A DNA stretch of 64,000 nt from Candidatus Brocadiia bacterium (GCA_046538485.1 JBKHIT010000018.1:11603-75602); one strand, 5' to 3'; shown: positions 1-10,446, counted from the first letter of the stretch. Notes: a model not told the origin generated them from the letters alone. Program-made: numbers and translations.

Positions 1-127
1 CTGTGAGCTCCATCACCAAAATCTGCCTTTTTCTCTCAAGCAGATCGTACCCACGTTGCGCGTGTTCGAGACTATCCTGCATCTCCAGATAGTTACTTTT
101 TGTCGGCGCAACGGCTTTTCGTGTCAT
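1..127 (-). CDS. V/A-type ATP synthase subunit D, N-terminal fragment (gene continues beyond left edge)
   Basis: The minus-strand ATG at 127 (too short for the ORF track) reads MTRKAVAPTKSNYLEMQDSLEHAQRGYDLLERKRQILVMELT, a typical subunit-D N-terminus. It lies 54 nt downstream of subunit B, matching the A-B-D order of V/A-type operons. Confidence 0.7.
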   Translation of the reverse strand, partial: MTRKAVAPTKSNYLEMQDSLEHAQRGYDLLERKRQILVMELT

Positions 128-181
128 TATTTCCTCTTCAAGCTAAACCGGAACAAAATGGATAGCGGGAAAACATAAGTC

Positions 182-1600
182 TCACGATTCCGAATCCCCT
201 TCTTCGTCTCGGCGGCCTTCACGACTGTAGTATTTCTCGATGAGGTCATTGCTGACCTGCGACAGTTCGCTCTCCGGCAGCATACCCGCCACATCCCAGG
301 CCATATCAAGTGTCTGCTCGATCGTGCGATTCTCGTATTCACCCTGGGCGACATAATCACGTTCAAACGCATCAGCAAATTCGAGGTACATCTGATCCTG
401 AGGCGAAAGCTCCTCTTCTCCGATCACAGATGCCAGCGCCCGCACATCCTCGGCGTCCGCATACGCCGAAAAAAGTTGTCCCGCGATATCCATATGATCC
501 TCCCGCGTGCTGTCGGCACCAACGCCATCCTTCATGAGACGCGACAGGCTGGGAAGGCCGGCCACCGGCGGATAAATACCCTTGTGGTCGAGGTCTCGCT
601 GCATGACAATCTGTCCTTCTGTTATGTAACCGGTGAGATCCGGCACCGGATGCGAGATATCGTCGGAGGGCATCGTCAGTATCGGCATCAGGGTGATGGA
701 ACCATCCTTCCCTTTGATCCGGCCGGCCCGCTCGTACAGTTCAGCAAGGTCACTGTAGAGATAGCCCGGATAGCCTTTCCGTGTGGGGATCTGGCCGCGC
801 GCGCAGGCGATCTCGCGGAGAGCATCGCAGTAATTCGTCATATCAGTCATCAGAACCAGCACGTGCATTTCGCGATCAAAAGCCAGGTGTTCGGCCAGCG
901 TCAGGGCCGCTCTCGGCGCCATCATCTGCTCGACCCCCGGAGCATCTGCGGGGCTCAGGAAAAGGCCCACCCGGCTCAACACTCCCGTGTTTTCGAATGA
1001 CCGCCTGAAGAACTGAGCCACATCATTTTTAACTCCCATTGCGGACATAATGAGCGCGAACCGCGTCTCCTCCCCGCGCAGAGTAGCCTGGCGGACGATC
1101 TGGGCGGCCAGATCGTTATGGGGCAACCCGGATCCGCTGAAAATCGGCAATTTCTGCCCGCGGATCAAACTGTTCGAGCCGTCGATGACACTCACACCCG
1201 TCTGGATGAATTCGCGCGGGTATTCCCGCGCGGCCGGATTGATGGGTTGACCGTGGACGTCCCGCAATTCCCCCCCCAACGGCGGAGGCCCGCCGTCGAT
1301 CGGTTCCCCGAGCCCGTTGAAAGTACGGCCCAGCATCGCTTCACTGACTCGAATCGAGACCGGTCGCCCGGTGAACCGCACTCTCGTGCCTTCGTTGGCC
1401 AATCCGGAACTTCCTTCGAGCACCTGTACGACAGCGATATCTCCGCTCAGTTCCAGCACTGTTCCCCGGCGCAGGTTGCCCTGCTCGTCCCGCACTTCCA
1501 CCAGCTCGTCGTAACCGACCCCCTGGACCCCTCGCACGAAAATCAGGGGGCCGTCCATTCGTTCCAGGCCAACATACTGCACCGGTCGGTCGATGATCAC
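182..1600 (-). CDS. ntpB: V/A-type ATP synthase subunit B
   Basis: 472-aa ORF with the B-subunit block [33 protein letters not shown] and PSLSRLM. There is a 4-nt overlap with the upstream A subunit. Confidence 0.95.
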   Translation of the reverse strand: MIIDRPVQYVGLERMDGPLIFVRGVQGVGYDELVEVRDEQGNLRRGTVLELSGDIAVVQVLEGSSGLANEGTRVRFTGRPVSIRVSEAMLGRTFNGLGEPIDGGPPPLGGELRDVHGQPINPAAREYPREFIQTGVSVIDGSNSLIRGQKLPIFSGSGLPHNDLAAQIVRQATLRGEETRFALIMSAMGVKNDVAQFFRRSFENTGVLSRVGLFLSPADAPGVEQMMAPRAALTLAEHLAFDREMHVLVLMTDMTNYCDALREIACARGQIPTRKGYPGYLYSDLAELYERAGRIKGKDGSITLMPILTMPSDDISHPVPDLTGYITEGQIVMQRDLDHKGIYPPVAGLPSLSRLMKDGVGADSTREDHMDIAGQLFSAYADAEDVRALASVIGEEELSPQDQMYLEFADAFERDYVAQGEYENRTIEQTLDMAWDVAGMLPESELSQVSNDLIEKYYSREGRRDEEGDSES

Positions 1601-3384
1601 TGGTAGTTCGCCTCCAATTCGTCCAGCTGTTTCCGCACTTTATCGTTCAGTTCCTGGAGACCTTCTTCATCCTCATTTTCGATGTGGAACCGCGCCCGCT
1701 GCAATTCGCCGACGACATCCAGTTCCTGAAGGCGCATAATGGGCGCACCGGCCGATATGATTTCTTTGGCCCGCCGGTAAAACGTCATGATGGCTCGCAA
1801 AAACGCGGCCTGGCGTTTCGGATCGCAGAAAGAGTCGACATCGTTAAAAGCGTCCTGTTGCAGGAATCCACGCTTGAGAGTTTCAGCACAAAGCAGGCTC
1901 AATCTCTGTTCATCCGGCAACACATCACGCCCCACCAATTTAACGATCTCCTGCAGCCGATCATATTCCTGGAGAAGATTTATGCCATCCCGGCGCAGAC
2001 TTGCCCAATCAGATTCTATCTTCCCCCACCAATCCGCGATTTCATCGACGTATTCGCTGTAACTCTGATCCCAATTCACCGCGGGGAAATGGCGCGCGTA
2101 CGCCAGGTCTCTGTCGAGCACCCAGAAACACCGCACGAAACGTTTTGTGTGCTGGGTCACCGGTTCGCTGAAATCTCCGGCGGGCGGGCTGACCGACCCG
2201 ACCACCGTCACGCTCCCTTTATCGCCCCCAAGTGTTTCCACAAATCCGGCCCGCTCATAAAATTCTGCAAGTCTCTTGCTCAAATACGCGGGGAATCCTT
2301 CCTCGGCCGGCATTTCCTCGAGTCGGCTGCTGACCTCGCGCAAAGCCTCAGCCCAGCGGCTCGTCGAATCCGCCATAAGCGCGACATCGTATCCCATATC
2401 GCGGAAATATTCGGCCACGGTAACGCCGCTGTAAATCGATATCTCACGCGCGGCGACGGGCATATTCGAAGTATTGGCGATCAAAACCGTGCGTTCCATC
2501 AACGAACGCCCCGTTCTCGGGTCCTGAAGATCCGGGAAAACACGCAGGATGTCCGTCATCTCGTTGCCGCGTTCCCCGCATCCCACGTAGATGACCACGT
2601 CGGCATCGCTCCATTTCGCCAGTTGCTGCTGGACGACCGTTTTCCCGGTTCCGAAATCGCCGGGGACGGCCGCCGAACCCCCCCGCACGATGGGAAACAT
2701 CGTATCCAGCACACGCTGCCCGGTAATCAACGGCTCGGTCGGACGCAGGCGTTCGCCGAAGGGGCGCGCCTCGCGGCAGGGCCATACCTGCACCATATCC
2801 AGTTCGTATTCTTCCCCGTCCTGCGCCTGAATTACACAGACAATTTCTTCGACCGTATATTCACCGGTCTCCCGAATATGCGTCACTTTTCCCGCACAAG
2901 CTCTGGGAACCATCAATCGATGTTCTATGGATTCGGTCTCCTGAACCGTTCCAAAGATCTGGCCTTCTTCCACATTATCGCCTTCCTCGACATTCGCCTC
3001 AAATTCCCATTCTTTTGCTTTATCGAGCGGGAAAGCTTTGGCACCACGCTTGATGAAAGGGCCTAATTTTTCTTGAAAAGTGCCCAGCGGATGCTGAATG
3101 CCATCGTAGATTCCTCCGAGCATGCCGGGGCCCAGCTGCAAGGAAAGCGGTCGGCCTTTTCGTTTTACCTCCATCCCGGGTTCAAGGCCGCCCGTGTGTT
3201 CATAAACCTGAATAGTGGCTCGGCCGCCGCTGACCTTGATAACTTCGCCGATAAGGCCATCCGGGCCGACTTCGACAACTTCATACATCATGGCCCGTTC
3301 CATACCTTCGGCCTCGACGATAGGCCCGGAGACACGGCAAATTTTGCCGCTTTCCAGATTTTGTTCTGCTACAGTTTCAGTCAT
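1597..3384 (-). CDS. ntpA: V/A-type ATP synthase catalytic subunit A
   Basis: 595 aa with Walker [11 protein letters not shown] and [16 protein letters not shown]. The long insert between the N-terminal barrel and the P-loop is characteristic of V/A-type A subunits. Confidence 0.95.
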   Translation of the reverse strand: MTETVAEQNLESGKICRVSGPIVEAEGMERAMMYEVVEVGPDGLIGEVIKVSGGRATIQVYEHTGGLEPGMEVKRKGRPLSLQLGPGMLGGIYDGIQHPLGTFQEKLGPFIKRGAKAFPLDKAKEWEFEANVEEGDNVEEGQIFGTVQETESIEHRLMVPRACAGKVTHIRETGEYTVEEIVCVIQAQDGEEYELDMVQVWPCREARPFGERLRPTEPLITGQRVLDTMFPIVRGGSAAVPGDFGTGKTVVQQQLAKWSDADVVIYVGCGERGNEMTDILRVFPDLQDPRTGRSLMERTVLIANTSNMPVAAREISIYSGVTVAEYFRDMGYDVALMADSTSRWAEALREVSSRLEEMPAEEGFPAYLSKRLAEFYERAGFVETLGGDKGSVTVVGSVSPPAGDFSEPVTQHTKRFVRCFWVLDRDLAYARHFPAVNWDQSYSEYVDEIADWWGKIESDWASLRRDGINLLQEYDRLQEIVKLVGRDVLPDEQRLSLLCAETLKRGFLQQDAFNDVDSFCDPKRQAAFLRAIMTFYRRAKEIISAGAPIMRLQELDVVGELQRARFHIENEDEEGLQELNDKVRKQLDELEANYQ

Positions 3385-3430
3385 TCTGAGGCCACTTTCC
3401 GGTTTTTACCCGCGGTTTTTCTTGCCGCAA

Positions 3431-4078
3431 TTACGCTCCTTCTGTATCGTCTTCAGGTTTTTCCTGTTCGAACAAAACCTCGGCGGCCTCTTGCCGTAAC
3501 TGAGGCCAGAGCCGATCCAGACGGTTCTCAAAAGTCTGCTCACAAATCTGGCTACCATCCTCACGTTGTATAACAACTCCTCCAACGACCGATATCGTTT
3601 CATCGGCCAGATTAATGGTGACCTGCCGACCGAGTTCGTTGGCGGCCCGTTCCCGCACAGCTCCCCGGATCTTATCGCCTAATTTCTCCCGATCATCGTC
3701 TCTCATAACGAGTTCAAAACGCCGTCCGGTCATCCCGGAGATGGCGGCGCAGGAAAGTTCAATAAGAGCTTTTTCGTAATCTCCATTACTTCTGAGATCC
3801 TCGAGGGTCTGCAGCACCCGATCTCGGATTTCATCCAGAATATCTTCCCGGGCGTTGCGCTCGATATTCGCCTTTTCCAGATTGAGGCGGGCTTTCAATC
3901 TTTGAACTTCATTTTTCGCGCGCTCACGGGCTTGCTGGAGGATATCTTCTTTGCGCTCTTCAGCCTCCTCTTGGGCCTTTTCTACGATTTCGTCGGCTTC
4001 TTTCCGGGCCCGCTTTTTGATAGGCTCGGCCTGCTGCCGCGCGTCTTCGAGAATCTGTTCTGAAAGTGCGCCGCTCAT
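3431..4078 (-). CDS. V/A-type ATP synthase subunit E (peripheral stalk)
   Basis: 215 aa. The N-terminal half is a charged coiled coil (EDARQQAEPIKKRARKEADEIVEKAQEEAEERKEDIL) and the C-terminal half is globular. Position is between F and A. Confidence 0.8.
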   Translation of the reverse strand: MSGALSEQILEDARQQAEPIKKRARKEADEIVEKAQEEAEERKEDILQQARERAKNEVQRLKARLNLEKANIERNAREDILDEIRDRVLQTLEDLRSNGDYEKALIELSCAAISGMTGRRFELVMRDDDREKLGDKIRGAVRERAANELGRQVTINLADETISVVGGVVIQREDGSQICEQTFENRLDRLWPQLRQEAAEVLFEQEKPEDDTEGA

Positions 4079-4134
4079 TATGTTTTCCCGATATCCTCGT
4101 TAGCCTTACGTCTGTGGTAACTCTCTAATCGTTT

Positions 4135-4443
4135 TCAATCTCCGAAACTTATCCCGACCGCTTCTCGGATAAGGCGAAAGAGCGAAGGACCTTCTTCCGA
4201 CGGGCCTTCGGGACCAGGTATTTCGACGATCAACGGAAGTTCTTCGTTGTAACGAATCCGGTCGATGTCATCCCGCACCCAATCCGCCACTCTCTCTGGA
4301 ACGATCAGGATCACCTCTTTTTCCTTTTCCACCCTGCGGAGCGCTTTTTCGGCCGTTTCCGGGTCGTCCGCAATATGGCCTTCGATACCGGCCATGCGGA
4401 AACCAAGCACCGTATCGGCATCGCCCAGCGCGCAGATTCGCAT
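4135..4443 (-). CDS. V/A-type ATP synthase subunit F
   Basis: Start moved to the internal ATG at 4443 (AGGAG 8 nt upstream). The product MRICALGDADTVLGFRMAGIEG... is ~100 aa, the typical F-subunit size and N-terminus. Confidence 0.8.
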   Translation of the reverse strand: MRICALGDADTVLGFRMAGIEGHIADDPETAEKALRRVEKEKEVILIVPERVADWVRDDIDRIRYNEELPLIVEIPGPEGPSEEGPSLFRLIREAVGISFGD

Positions 4444-4485
4444 AATAAAGGCTCCTGATCCCGGGCAGGGCAAGAACGTCTTACT

Positions 4486-4842
4486 TTAAAGTCTCATCCA
4501 CAGCAAAACGCCGATCAGCAGACCGTAGATCGCAATCCCTTCGGCCAGAGCAACAAACAGAAGGCTCCGGGTCAGAAGATCCGGGTTCTCGCTGGCGGCC
4601 CCCAGCGCGGCGGAACCTATTCGTCCGACGGCATAGGCGGCGCCAAGACACGGCAGGCCGACTGCCACCGCAATCGCCCAGGCCAGATGGAGACTGGTGG
4701 GGTTTTGCTGCTCAACCACCGTTTCTTTCTCTGGTGTCTCCGCCTCACCGGCGATGGCGGAAGCGGGACCAAACCAGCAGGCGGCTCCCAGAACCAGACC
4801 GACCAAAATCAAGATCTGACAACTCCTTTTTCGACTTAACAT
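4486..4842 (-). CDS. V/A-type ATP synthase subunit K (c-ring proteolipid), single-hairpin form with an N-terminal signal-like segment
   Basis: 118 aa. A Gly/Ala-rich helix (GLPCLGAAYAVGRIGSAALGAASENP) is followed by a helix carrying the ion-binding Glu (FVALAEGIAIYGLL). AAGGAGAG SD lies upstream. Confidence 0.8.
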   Translation of the reverse strand: MLSRKRSCQILILVGLVLGAACWFGPASAIAGEAETPEKETVVEQQNPTSLHLAWAIAVAVGLPCLGAAYAVGRIGSAALGAASENPDLLTRSLLFVALAEGIAIYGLLIGVLLWMRL

Positions 4843-4892
4843 GAAACTCTCCTTCGTGCTCTCTTACTTTTCTGCAGCGATCCGGGGCACAC

Positions 4893-6911
4893 CTATTGGT
4901 TCTGTTCGAGCTGAAACGGCGAATATTTGTGCCCATCGCCGCGGAAAAATTTCGTAAAAAATTCGTAGTATTCCAGACGGAAGATCTGAATGGCCACAAT
5001 CAGCCCTTCCAGACCGATGATGACCGCGGTCCCGGCCACAAAAATCAGAGCCGCCCAAATCGGCGACGCGGGCAGCTCCTGGATGGGTTTTTGAAGAATG
5101 CAAATTGTAAAACACAGCGCCACATGGCTCAAAGCAAACGCCGCCACCCTGAGAAAAGAAAAGGTATTCGCTAAAAATGTCATAACGGTCTCCAGTGCTT
5201 CGACAACCCCTTCAAAAAGACCGACAACTGCGCTTTCTCCCCCTTCTGCCCCTTTTCCCAACAATATCAGTATTGGCTGGTGCAACGCCAAAACAAGCAA
5301 CGGGACAAGGATAAAGCCCAGAATCATGTATAAATCCAGAGTGCCTTTCCCCACCACAACGATTTTGACGATCGTCCCGAGTGTGCCCCAGTAGAAGACC
5401 ATACCGGCAATACCAAACCGCCCGAGAAATCCCTGCTCATATTCGCCGGCCCGGAGTCGACTGATAATGTTGAGCAAAACACCAAGACTGATCAGCGTCA
5501 CTCCGAATCCCACCGCAATCAGCATGTATCGAATGATCTGGTCGGCCGCCCCCGCGGTTCCGCCCTCAAAATTGATGGGTTCAAGCCCCAGGGTCAGAGG
5601 CCAACCCATCTCCGTGAGACTTTGCCCGAAAAACGAGCCCTGAAAAAAGGTCCCGAAAAGTGCACTGGCTATCCCTGCGCAGCCAATGACAAATCCGACA
5701 TCTTGAACCTCCGCCCGATCGGCGATTTTGTATGTCACAATCCCAATGGCCAGCAGACAGAGCCCGTGTCCGAGATCACCGAAGATCACCCCGAACATCA
5801 GAAGAAAACTGACGGCGAAAAGAATCGTCGGCTCGATTTCTTCATATCCCGGCACGCCGAATCCCTGGACGAGCCGCTGAAAAGGCTGCAACCATCCGGG
5901 CAGACGGGTATAAGTGGGCACTTTGCCGGAGTCAATTTCCTCCTCCGTGGCTTCGCGCGTCTCGCAAATCGCGTTACCGTCCGTCACTCTGTCAATCGCG
6001 TTTCGCACGCGCCCGATCTGCTCTTCGGGGGACCAGCCTGTAATGATTGCGGTCGCCCAGGTGGATCCGTATTTTTGTTCGGCCTGGCTGATCCGTAGCT
6101 GGCGGATCACAGACCGATACGCAGCTCTGAGTTCTGCGGCGTTCGTTTTCCCCAGCTCGCGCAATGGTTCCTGCATCTCTTCTCGTTGCTCTTTAAGCTC
6201 ATCGCGTTCTTCCCGCGCTCTGTCGTAAATCGCCGCCGGCGCCGCCTCGTAATCTCTGGGCAACTTTTGTTCTTCGAACTGATAATCTTCCAGAATGGTC
6301 CGGAGGGCAAAACGGCTCCGACGGCTGCTCAGGGCCAGGACTCGGTGAACCGTCGCGCCCGCCCCTTCCGGTTTAACGGGTTCGCCGATTGAAACGACCA
6401 CAGCATCATCAGGCAGTTCCTTCTGTGCGCCGGGAATCCGTTTTGCCGGCATGTCGCCGGCAGTTACGTGCAAAAACGAAGTTTCCGAAAGCTCCTGCGG
6501 CGAGACTTCCAGATCGCGGTACGGCAACACACGATCCATTACGTCTTTGGCCTGCGCAATTTCTTCTTCCAGATCTTTCAGCGCATCTTCAACCGGCTGG
6601 ATTCGGCTTTCGATATCTCCAACCAGCCGCTCAATGCCGTCCAGGTCAGCCGGTTTCCTCTCTCCTTCCGACTCTATCAACCCTTCGTGATCGACTTCCA
6701 GGCGGTCCATGGCTTTCTCCAGCCGCCTTTTCAGCCCCTCACACCGCTCAGCGCGTTGCTCAAGCTCTTCTCTCACCTCACGGCCCTCCTGTCCCTCTTC
6801 GGCCTGCGAAAGTTCAACGGCCCCCAATCGTCCCAGCGTTTCAGTAACAACATCCACCTGACGCTTCAGGACGATAATCCGGATGCGTTGCATGTGCACG
6901 TGGACGAGCAT
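4893..6911 (-). CDS. V/A-type ATP synthase subunit I (a-subunit, stator/proton channel)
   Basis: ~670 aa with an N-terminal cytoplasmic coiled-coil half and a C-terminal multi-TM half ending in the conserved FLRVAAFALSHVAL / RLEYYEFFTKFF region. The start is placed at ATG 6911 (MLVHVHMQRIRIIVL); the ORF-track start at 6959 would overlap subunit C by 29 nt. Confidence 0.9.
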   Translation of the reverse strand: MLVHVHMQRIRIIVLKRQVDVVTETLGRLGAVELSQAEEGQEGREVREELEQRAERCEGLKRRLEKAMDRLEVDHEGLIESEGERKPADLDGIERLVGDIESRIQPVEDALKDLEEEIAQAKDVMDRVLPYRDLEVSPQELSETSFLHVTAGDMPAKRIPGAQKELPDDAVVVSIGEPVKPEGAGATVHRVLALSSRRSRFALRTILEDYQFEEQKLPRDYEAAPAAIYDRAREERDELKEQREEMQEPLRELGKTNAAELRAAYRSVIRQLRISQAEQKYGSTWATAIITGWSPEEQIGRVRNAIDRVTDGNAICETREATEEEIDSGKVPTYTRLPGWLQPFQRLVQGFGVPGYEEIEPTILFAVSFLLMFGVIFGDLGHGLCLLAIGIVTYKIADRAEVQDVGFVIGCAGIASALFGTFFQGSFFGQSLTEMGWPLTLGLEPINFEGGTAGAADQIIRYMLIAVGFGVTLISLGVLLNIISRLRAGEYEQGFLGRFGIAGMVFYWGTLGTIVKIVVVGKGTLDLYMILGFILVPLLVLALHQPILILLGKGAEGGESAVVGLFEGVVEALETVMTFLANTFSFLRVAAFALSHVALCFTICILQKPIQELPASPIWAALIFVAGTAVIIGLEGLIVAIQIFRLEYYEFFTKFFRGDGHKYSPFQLEQNQ

Positions 6912-6930
6912 TTTTGAACTTTCTTTCCAC

Positions 6931-7941
6931 TCAATTCCCGTAATAGGTCGATTCCACAACCTGGAACAGGTTTCTTAATTCATTGCGGCGAAGGTAAAAA
7001 TAACTGACAAGTATCGCCGGGCCTCCGAGCATTTGCCGGTACAGCCTGTTTGCGCAGGTGGATGTCCGACGCCAGAGTTTCTCTTCCATCTTCAGCAGGT
7101 CCCCGGCATCTTCCGCAGTCAGAGAAGGCACGGCGCTCGCGATATTCTCGGACGACGGATCGTTGAAAATTTCTTCCAGCCTGCTGCTGGACAGGAAAAG
7201 ACTCCTTTGCTCGGGTATGGGCCCGTTCCACTGGCAAAGCACGTTCGAGAGATTTTCCCAATCGATTTTATAATGGCGGCCGGCCCGCACAACCGCCAAC
7301 AACCGTTCGGATGCCGCTTCCAGAGCAAGGGGCCCGGCACATTCGGATCGGTGAGAGATACCGATGTTTTTGAGACCAGCGCTTACGCCGTCCCAATAAG
7401 CTTTCATAAGTGCCATTTCAGTAAACGCCGTGGTGTTCGATTTTTCATCGAGTTCCACGCCCAATTCTGCGGCAGAAAGCAGTTTTTCTGGCAATTTTTG
7501 AACAAATTCCGATAGGTCGGAACTTGAGAGTAAGGAGGCCGAGGGCACAGCGAGACTGTCGGGCAGATTCACCACATACTGGCTGCGGTCGACCTCGGCG
7601 CCGCCGACGAACAACCGCAGCAATACATGGATGTTATCGATCTGGAACCGCGACAACATAGAGAAGTAAAAACGCGCCAGCGGGGGCGAAAGGTAACGCG
7701 TGAAAGAAACAAGCTCGTCGGTAGCATCCTGGCGAAGTTGGCGCTCCAGACCCAGGCGTCGTCCCGGCACCCTGCGAGGGTAGAATCGCTCCCAGAGTTC
7801 TTCAACGCTTTTCATACGTTTCAGTTCTTCCAGGCTCTCACCTTCAAACAACCGCCGTTTCCGGCCCCGCAACTTCGCGTTCACAAAAGCAAGCGGACAG
7901 TTCATAAGCGATTCGGGATTTGCCGGCAACGTTTGTTCCAC
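6931..7941 (-). CDS. V/A-type ATP synthase subunit C (d-type, AC39 family)
   Basis: 336 aa, all-helical. Its position between G/H and I and the C-terminal YFYLRRNELRNLFQVVE block fit the C/d family. GTG start with AGAGGAAA SD. Confidence 0.75.
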   Translation of the reverse strand: MEQTLPANPESLMNCPLAFVNAKLRGRKRRLFEGESLEELKRMKSVEELWERFYPRRVPGRRLGLERQLRQDATDELVSFTRYLSPPLARFYFSMLSRFQIDNIHVLLRLFVGGAEVDRSQYVVNLPDSLAVPSASLLSSSDLSEFVQKLPEKLLSAAELGVELDEKSNTTAFTEMALMKAYWDGVSAGLKNIGISHRSECAGPLALEAASERLLAVVRAGRHYKIDWENLSNVLCQWNGPIPEQRSLFLSSSRLEEIFNDPSSENIASAVPSLTAEDAGDLLKMEEKLWRRTSTCANRLYRQMLGGPAILVSYFYLRRNELRNLFQVVESTYYGN

Positions 7942-8008
7942 GGCCGATTTCCTCTGTTTGTTTAGAGGCTACCAGAAACCGGGATTTTGCCGGCAATGCC
8001 TGGCGCCC

Positions 8009-8335
8009 TCAGTCATTGTCGGTTTCGGCCCAGGCAACAACCCGAACGACCCGATCCACAGATTCCTGGATCTTATCTTCGTCCATTTGCTCGATCAGTG
8101 GCGCAGCCTCGCGGGCGTGCTGGAGAGTTTCTTTTCGTTCCTGCTGTGCTTCTTGTTTTTTCTCTTCAACAAGTTTTTCCGCTTGTTCTCGCCCTTCCTG
8201 CTCAGCATCTTTTTTTATCTGCTCGGCTTCTTTGCGCGCTTCGTCCTTAATCTTCTCGGCCTCATCGCGAGCATCTTCCACGATCTTTCTGGCCTTCTCT
8301 TCGACTTGAAGCAAACTTTCAATGGAATCGCTCAT
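8009..8335 (-). CDS. V/A-type ATP synthase subunit G/H-like (peripheral stalk coiled coil)
   Basis: 108 aa, almost entirely charged coiled coil (EEKARKIVEDARDEAEKIKDEARKEAEQIKKDAEQEG). It is the first ATPase gene of the operon. Confidence 0.55.
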   Translation of the reverse strand: MSDSIESLLQVEEKARKIVEDARDEAEKIKDEARKEAEQIKKDAEQEGREQAEKLVEEKKQEAQQERKETLQHAREAAPLIEQMDEDKIQESVDRVVRVVAWAETDND

Positions 8336-8793
8336 TGTTCCTCGTGGGCCTCATTAATGATCTGTATCACATTTTCGGGATCGCGAGCAGAGATCAGTCG
8401 ATCGTAGACGTTAGGGATCTGCACGAGCAGTCCGATATCGGCAAGGGCCTCAATAGTCTGGCTCGGTTTGTCCGGCGCCCCGAGCAGAAGAAACACAAGA
8501 TAAACCGGTTCGTCGTCGACAGCATCAAACTCGATCCCCTCAGGAGCAATACCAACGGCGAGAAGACAATCGTCAACATCCGGATGCCGGGCATGAGGAA
8601 CCGCCACACCACAGCCAATCCCGGTTGACCCTTTTCGCTCCCGCTCGTAAAGAGTATCAAGAATCCCGGCTCGGTCCCCGATTTTATCCTGCCGCACCAG
8701 CTGTTCGACCAGTTCGGCAATTACCTCATCGCGTGTCATGCTCTCAACGGGGACTTTGATCAGGCCGGGTTCGAGAAGATCGCTTAAATTCAT
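8332..8793 (-). CDS. PTS EIIA type-2 domain protein (PtsN/EIIA-Ntr-like regulator)
   Basis: 153 aa with GSTGIGCGVAVPHARH containing the phosphorylatable His of the fructose/mannitol/Ntr EIIA family. Its stop overlaps the next gene's start (ATGA at 8332-8335). Confidence 0.8.
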   Translation of the reverse strand: MNLSDLLEPGLIKVPVESMTRDEVIAELVEQLVRQDKIGDRAGILDTLYERERKGSTGIGCGVAVPHARHPDVDDCLLAVGIAPEGIEFDAVDDEPVYLVFLLLGAPDKPSQTIEALADIGLLVQIPNVYDRLISARDPENVIQIINEAHEEQ

Positions 8794-8984
8794 TATCGCC
8801 TACCGCAGTTATACGAAAAGCAGAGAAGGCCTTTTATTTCAGAAGAACCTCTTTGGGATCAGCCCACAAGTAAGGGCTTTCGGGCGGAATGATGGACTGG
8901 TTTCACGCACACAGCAGGTAAATGTTCCAGTCAGAAATTAACGTGCCCAAACGATCTACAGGAAAGAAACTCTTTGAATTCATC

Positions 8985-9014
8985 AGTATAGAGGAAAGAC
9001 AGAGCCCAATTCAA
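8985..9014 (-). promoter_or_regulatory. putative sigma70-type promoter for the EIIA/V-ATPase operon
   Basis: The minus strand reads TTGAAT-18 nt-TATACT, ~190 nt upstream of the EIIA ATG. This is a pattern match only. Confidence 0.3.
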
Positions 9015-9268
9015 CCGTTAAGAGGAATATGAGCTGTGGGTCGTTTTGCGGTTGGACGACGGTTAATTTGCTTTGAATTGCCACCGAGACGCAAAAGGGG
9101 CGGGGCAAAGTTCCCGAATTTCCTGAGAAACATTTTTGAAGGCTTTTGTCACACAAAATACCTTTATCGGGACATAGCTCTTTCGTAAAGTAAAATTCTA
9201 CCCTAATCGGGCAAGAATGGGTTCCAATTGGCCGTAAATCCGGGCTGGTGGTCCGGAAACAATCGTGC

Positions 9269-9943
9269 TTAAAATCGGAACAGCAAACCCATCTGCACCG
9301 CACAACCGCTGTAATCGAGATAGTCTGGCGCAAGCCAAGTGCTTGTTGGATCGTCCTCGACGTCAAACTCAACGTCCCAGTAATCCACCGAAGCACAAAA
9401 GGACACACGTCGTCCGCCAGCGGTAACTTTTGCGCCAACTCCCCATCCTGCTGTATCTTCGAATTCCACGTCGGAATCCCCCTGCCATTCCGGTGCACTG
9501 AAATACATGGGTCTGAAATGGGGGCCCAATGTCACCTTCGAGCCAAGTTTAAATGGAACGCTCAAATCAGCAAATGCAAACGAAGTAGGCGCTGCTGAAT
9601 TGAGTAAACTTCCACCGCCGAAGGTAACATCTATATAGTTGATAGGCGTATTGAAACCCACACCGGCACTCAATGATGGGACCCAACTGGCATCGCCATC
9701 GACTTCTTCATATTCCCATCCGGAACCAGTATAATAATATGTCTCGAATTCCTCCACATCCGGGCTGATCAATACGCTGGCGGGACGGAAATCCAATATC
9801 GCATAGACGGGACGCTCTCGGCCAGTATATACCGGCCCTTGCGAGGGTGCTCTCGCTTTTTCTTGTGCCAGACCGCTTCTGCTGCACATCAGCACAAGCA
9901 TAAAAACAATCAAGAGATTAAGTTTGCTTTCTTTAAAAAACAA
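9269..9943 (-). CDS. secreted outer-membrane beta-barrel-like protein
   Basis: TTG start with GGAGG 6 nt upstream. It has a signal peptide (LLIVFMLVLMCSRSGLAQE), alternating aromatic/hydrophilic strand pattern and a C-terminal ...GLLFRF ending in Phe, as in OMP barrels. Confidence 0.5.
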   Translation of the reverse strand: MFFKESKLNLLIVFMLVLMCSRSGLAQEKARAPSQGPVYTGRERPVYAILDFRPASVLISPDVEEFETYYYTGSGWEYEEVDGDASWVPSLSAGVGFNTPINYIDVTFGGGSLLNSAAPTSFAFADLSVPFKLGSKVTLGPHFRPMYFSAPEWQGDSDVEFEDTAGWGVGAKVTAGGRRVSFCASVDYWDVEFDVEDDPTSTWLAPDYLDYSGCAVQMGLLFRF

Positions 9944-10149
9944 GCCAAACCTCCTTTAATCCAGGAACCCTATTAAGGGTAGCGAAGTTCCGACTTCGCC
10001 TCATCGGTCTGATGATAGGCGCTCTCCAAGTGACCTGTCAAACCGAAGCAAAGTTACCATAAGGGTTTGACAGAAGTCGTATCGGGAAAGTAACCTATAG
10101 TTAGGAAAATACTAAATCTATACTCGGATTCGTTGCCAGGAAATCGCAG

Positions 10150-10446
10150 ATGGTATATGTGCCATCTGAAAACGAAACCCCAATGACCGATCCAGAAACC
10201 AAAGAAGTCATAAACGACGTATTCGCCGAGGATTTTGAAATCCCCCGCGAGAAACTGCGGCCCGAAGCGCACATATTTGAAGACCTCGGGCTCGATAGCC
10301 TCGATGTCGTCGACCTGATTGCGGCCATTCAAAAGCGGTTTCAGGTACGCGTTCGCGACGACGAACGCGTGCGTTCGGTACGGACGCTTGGAGATCTTTA
10401 CGAATACCTGGAAACGGTCCGCAGCGAACTCGAGGCAAAGGATTGA
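10150..10446 (+). CDS. acyl carrier protein (ACP1)
   Basis: 98 aa with the phosphopantetheine attachment motif EDLGLDSLDVVDLI. AGGAAA lies 7 nt upstream of the ATG. Confidence 0.85.
   Translation: MVYVPSENETPMTDPETKEVINDVFAEDFEIPREKLRPEAHIFEDLGLDSLDVVDLIAAIQKRFQVRVRDDERVRSVRTLGDLYEYLETVRSELEAKD

Noticed and set aside
1684-3066. 460-aa plus-strand ORF.
   Set aside because: It lies entirely antisense to ntpA, whose product has unambiguous Walker motifs. Its own translation is R/P/H-rich with no motif, so it is a shadow ORF.
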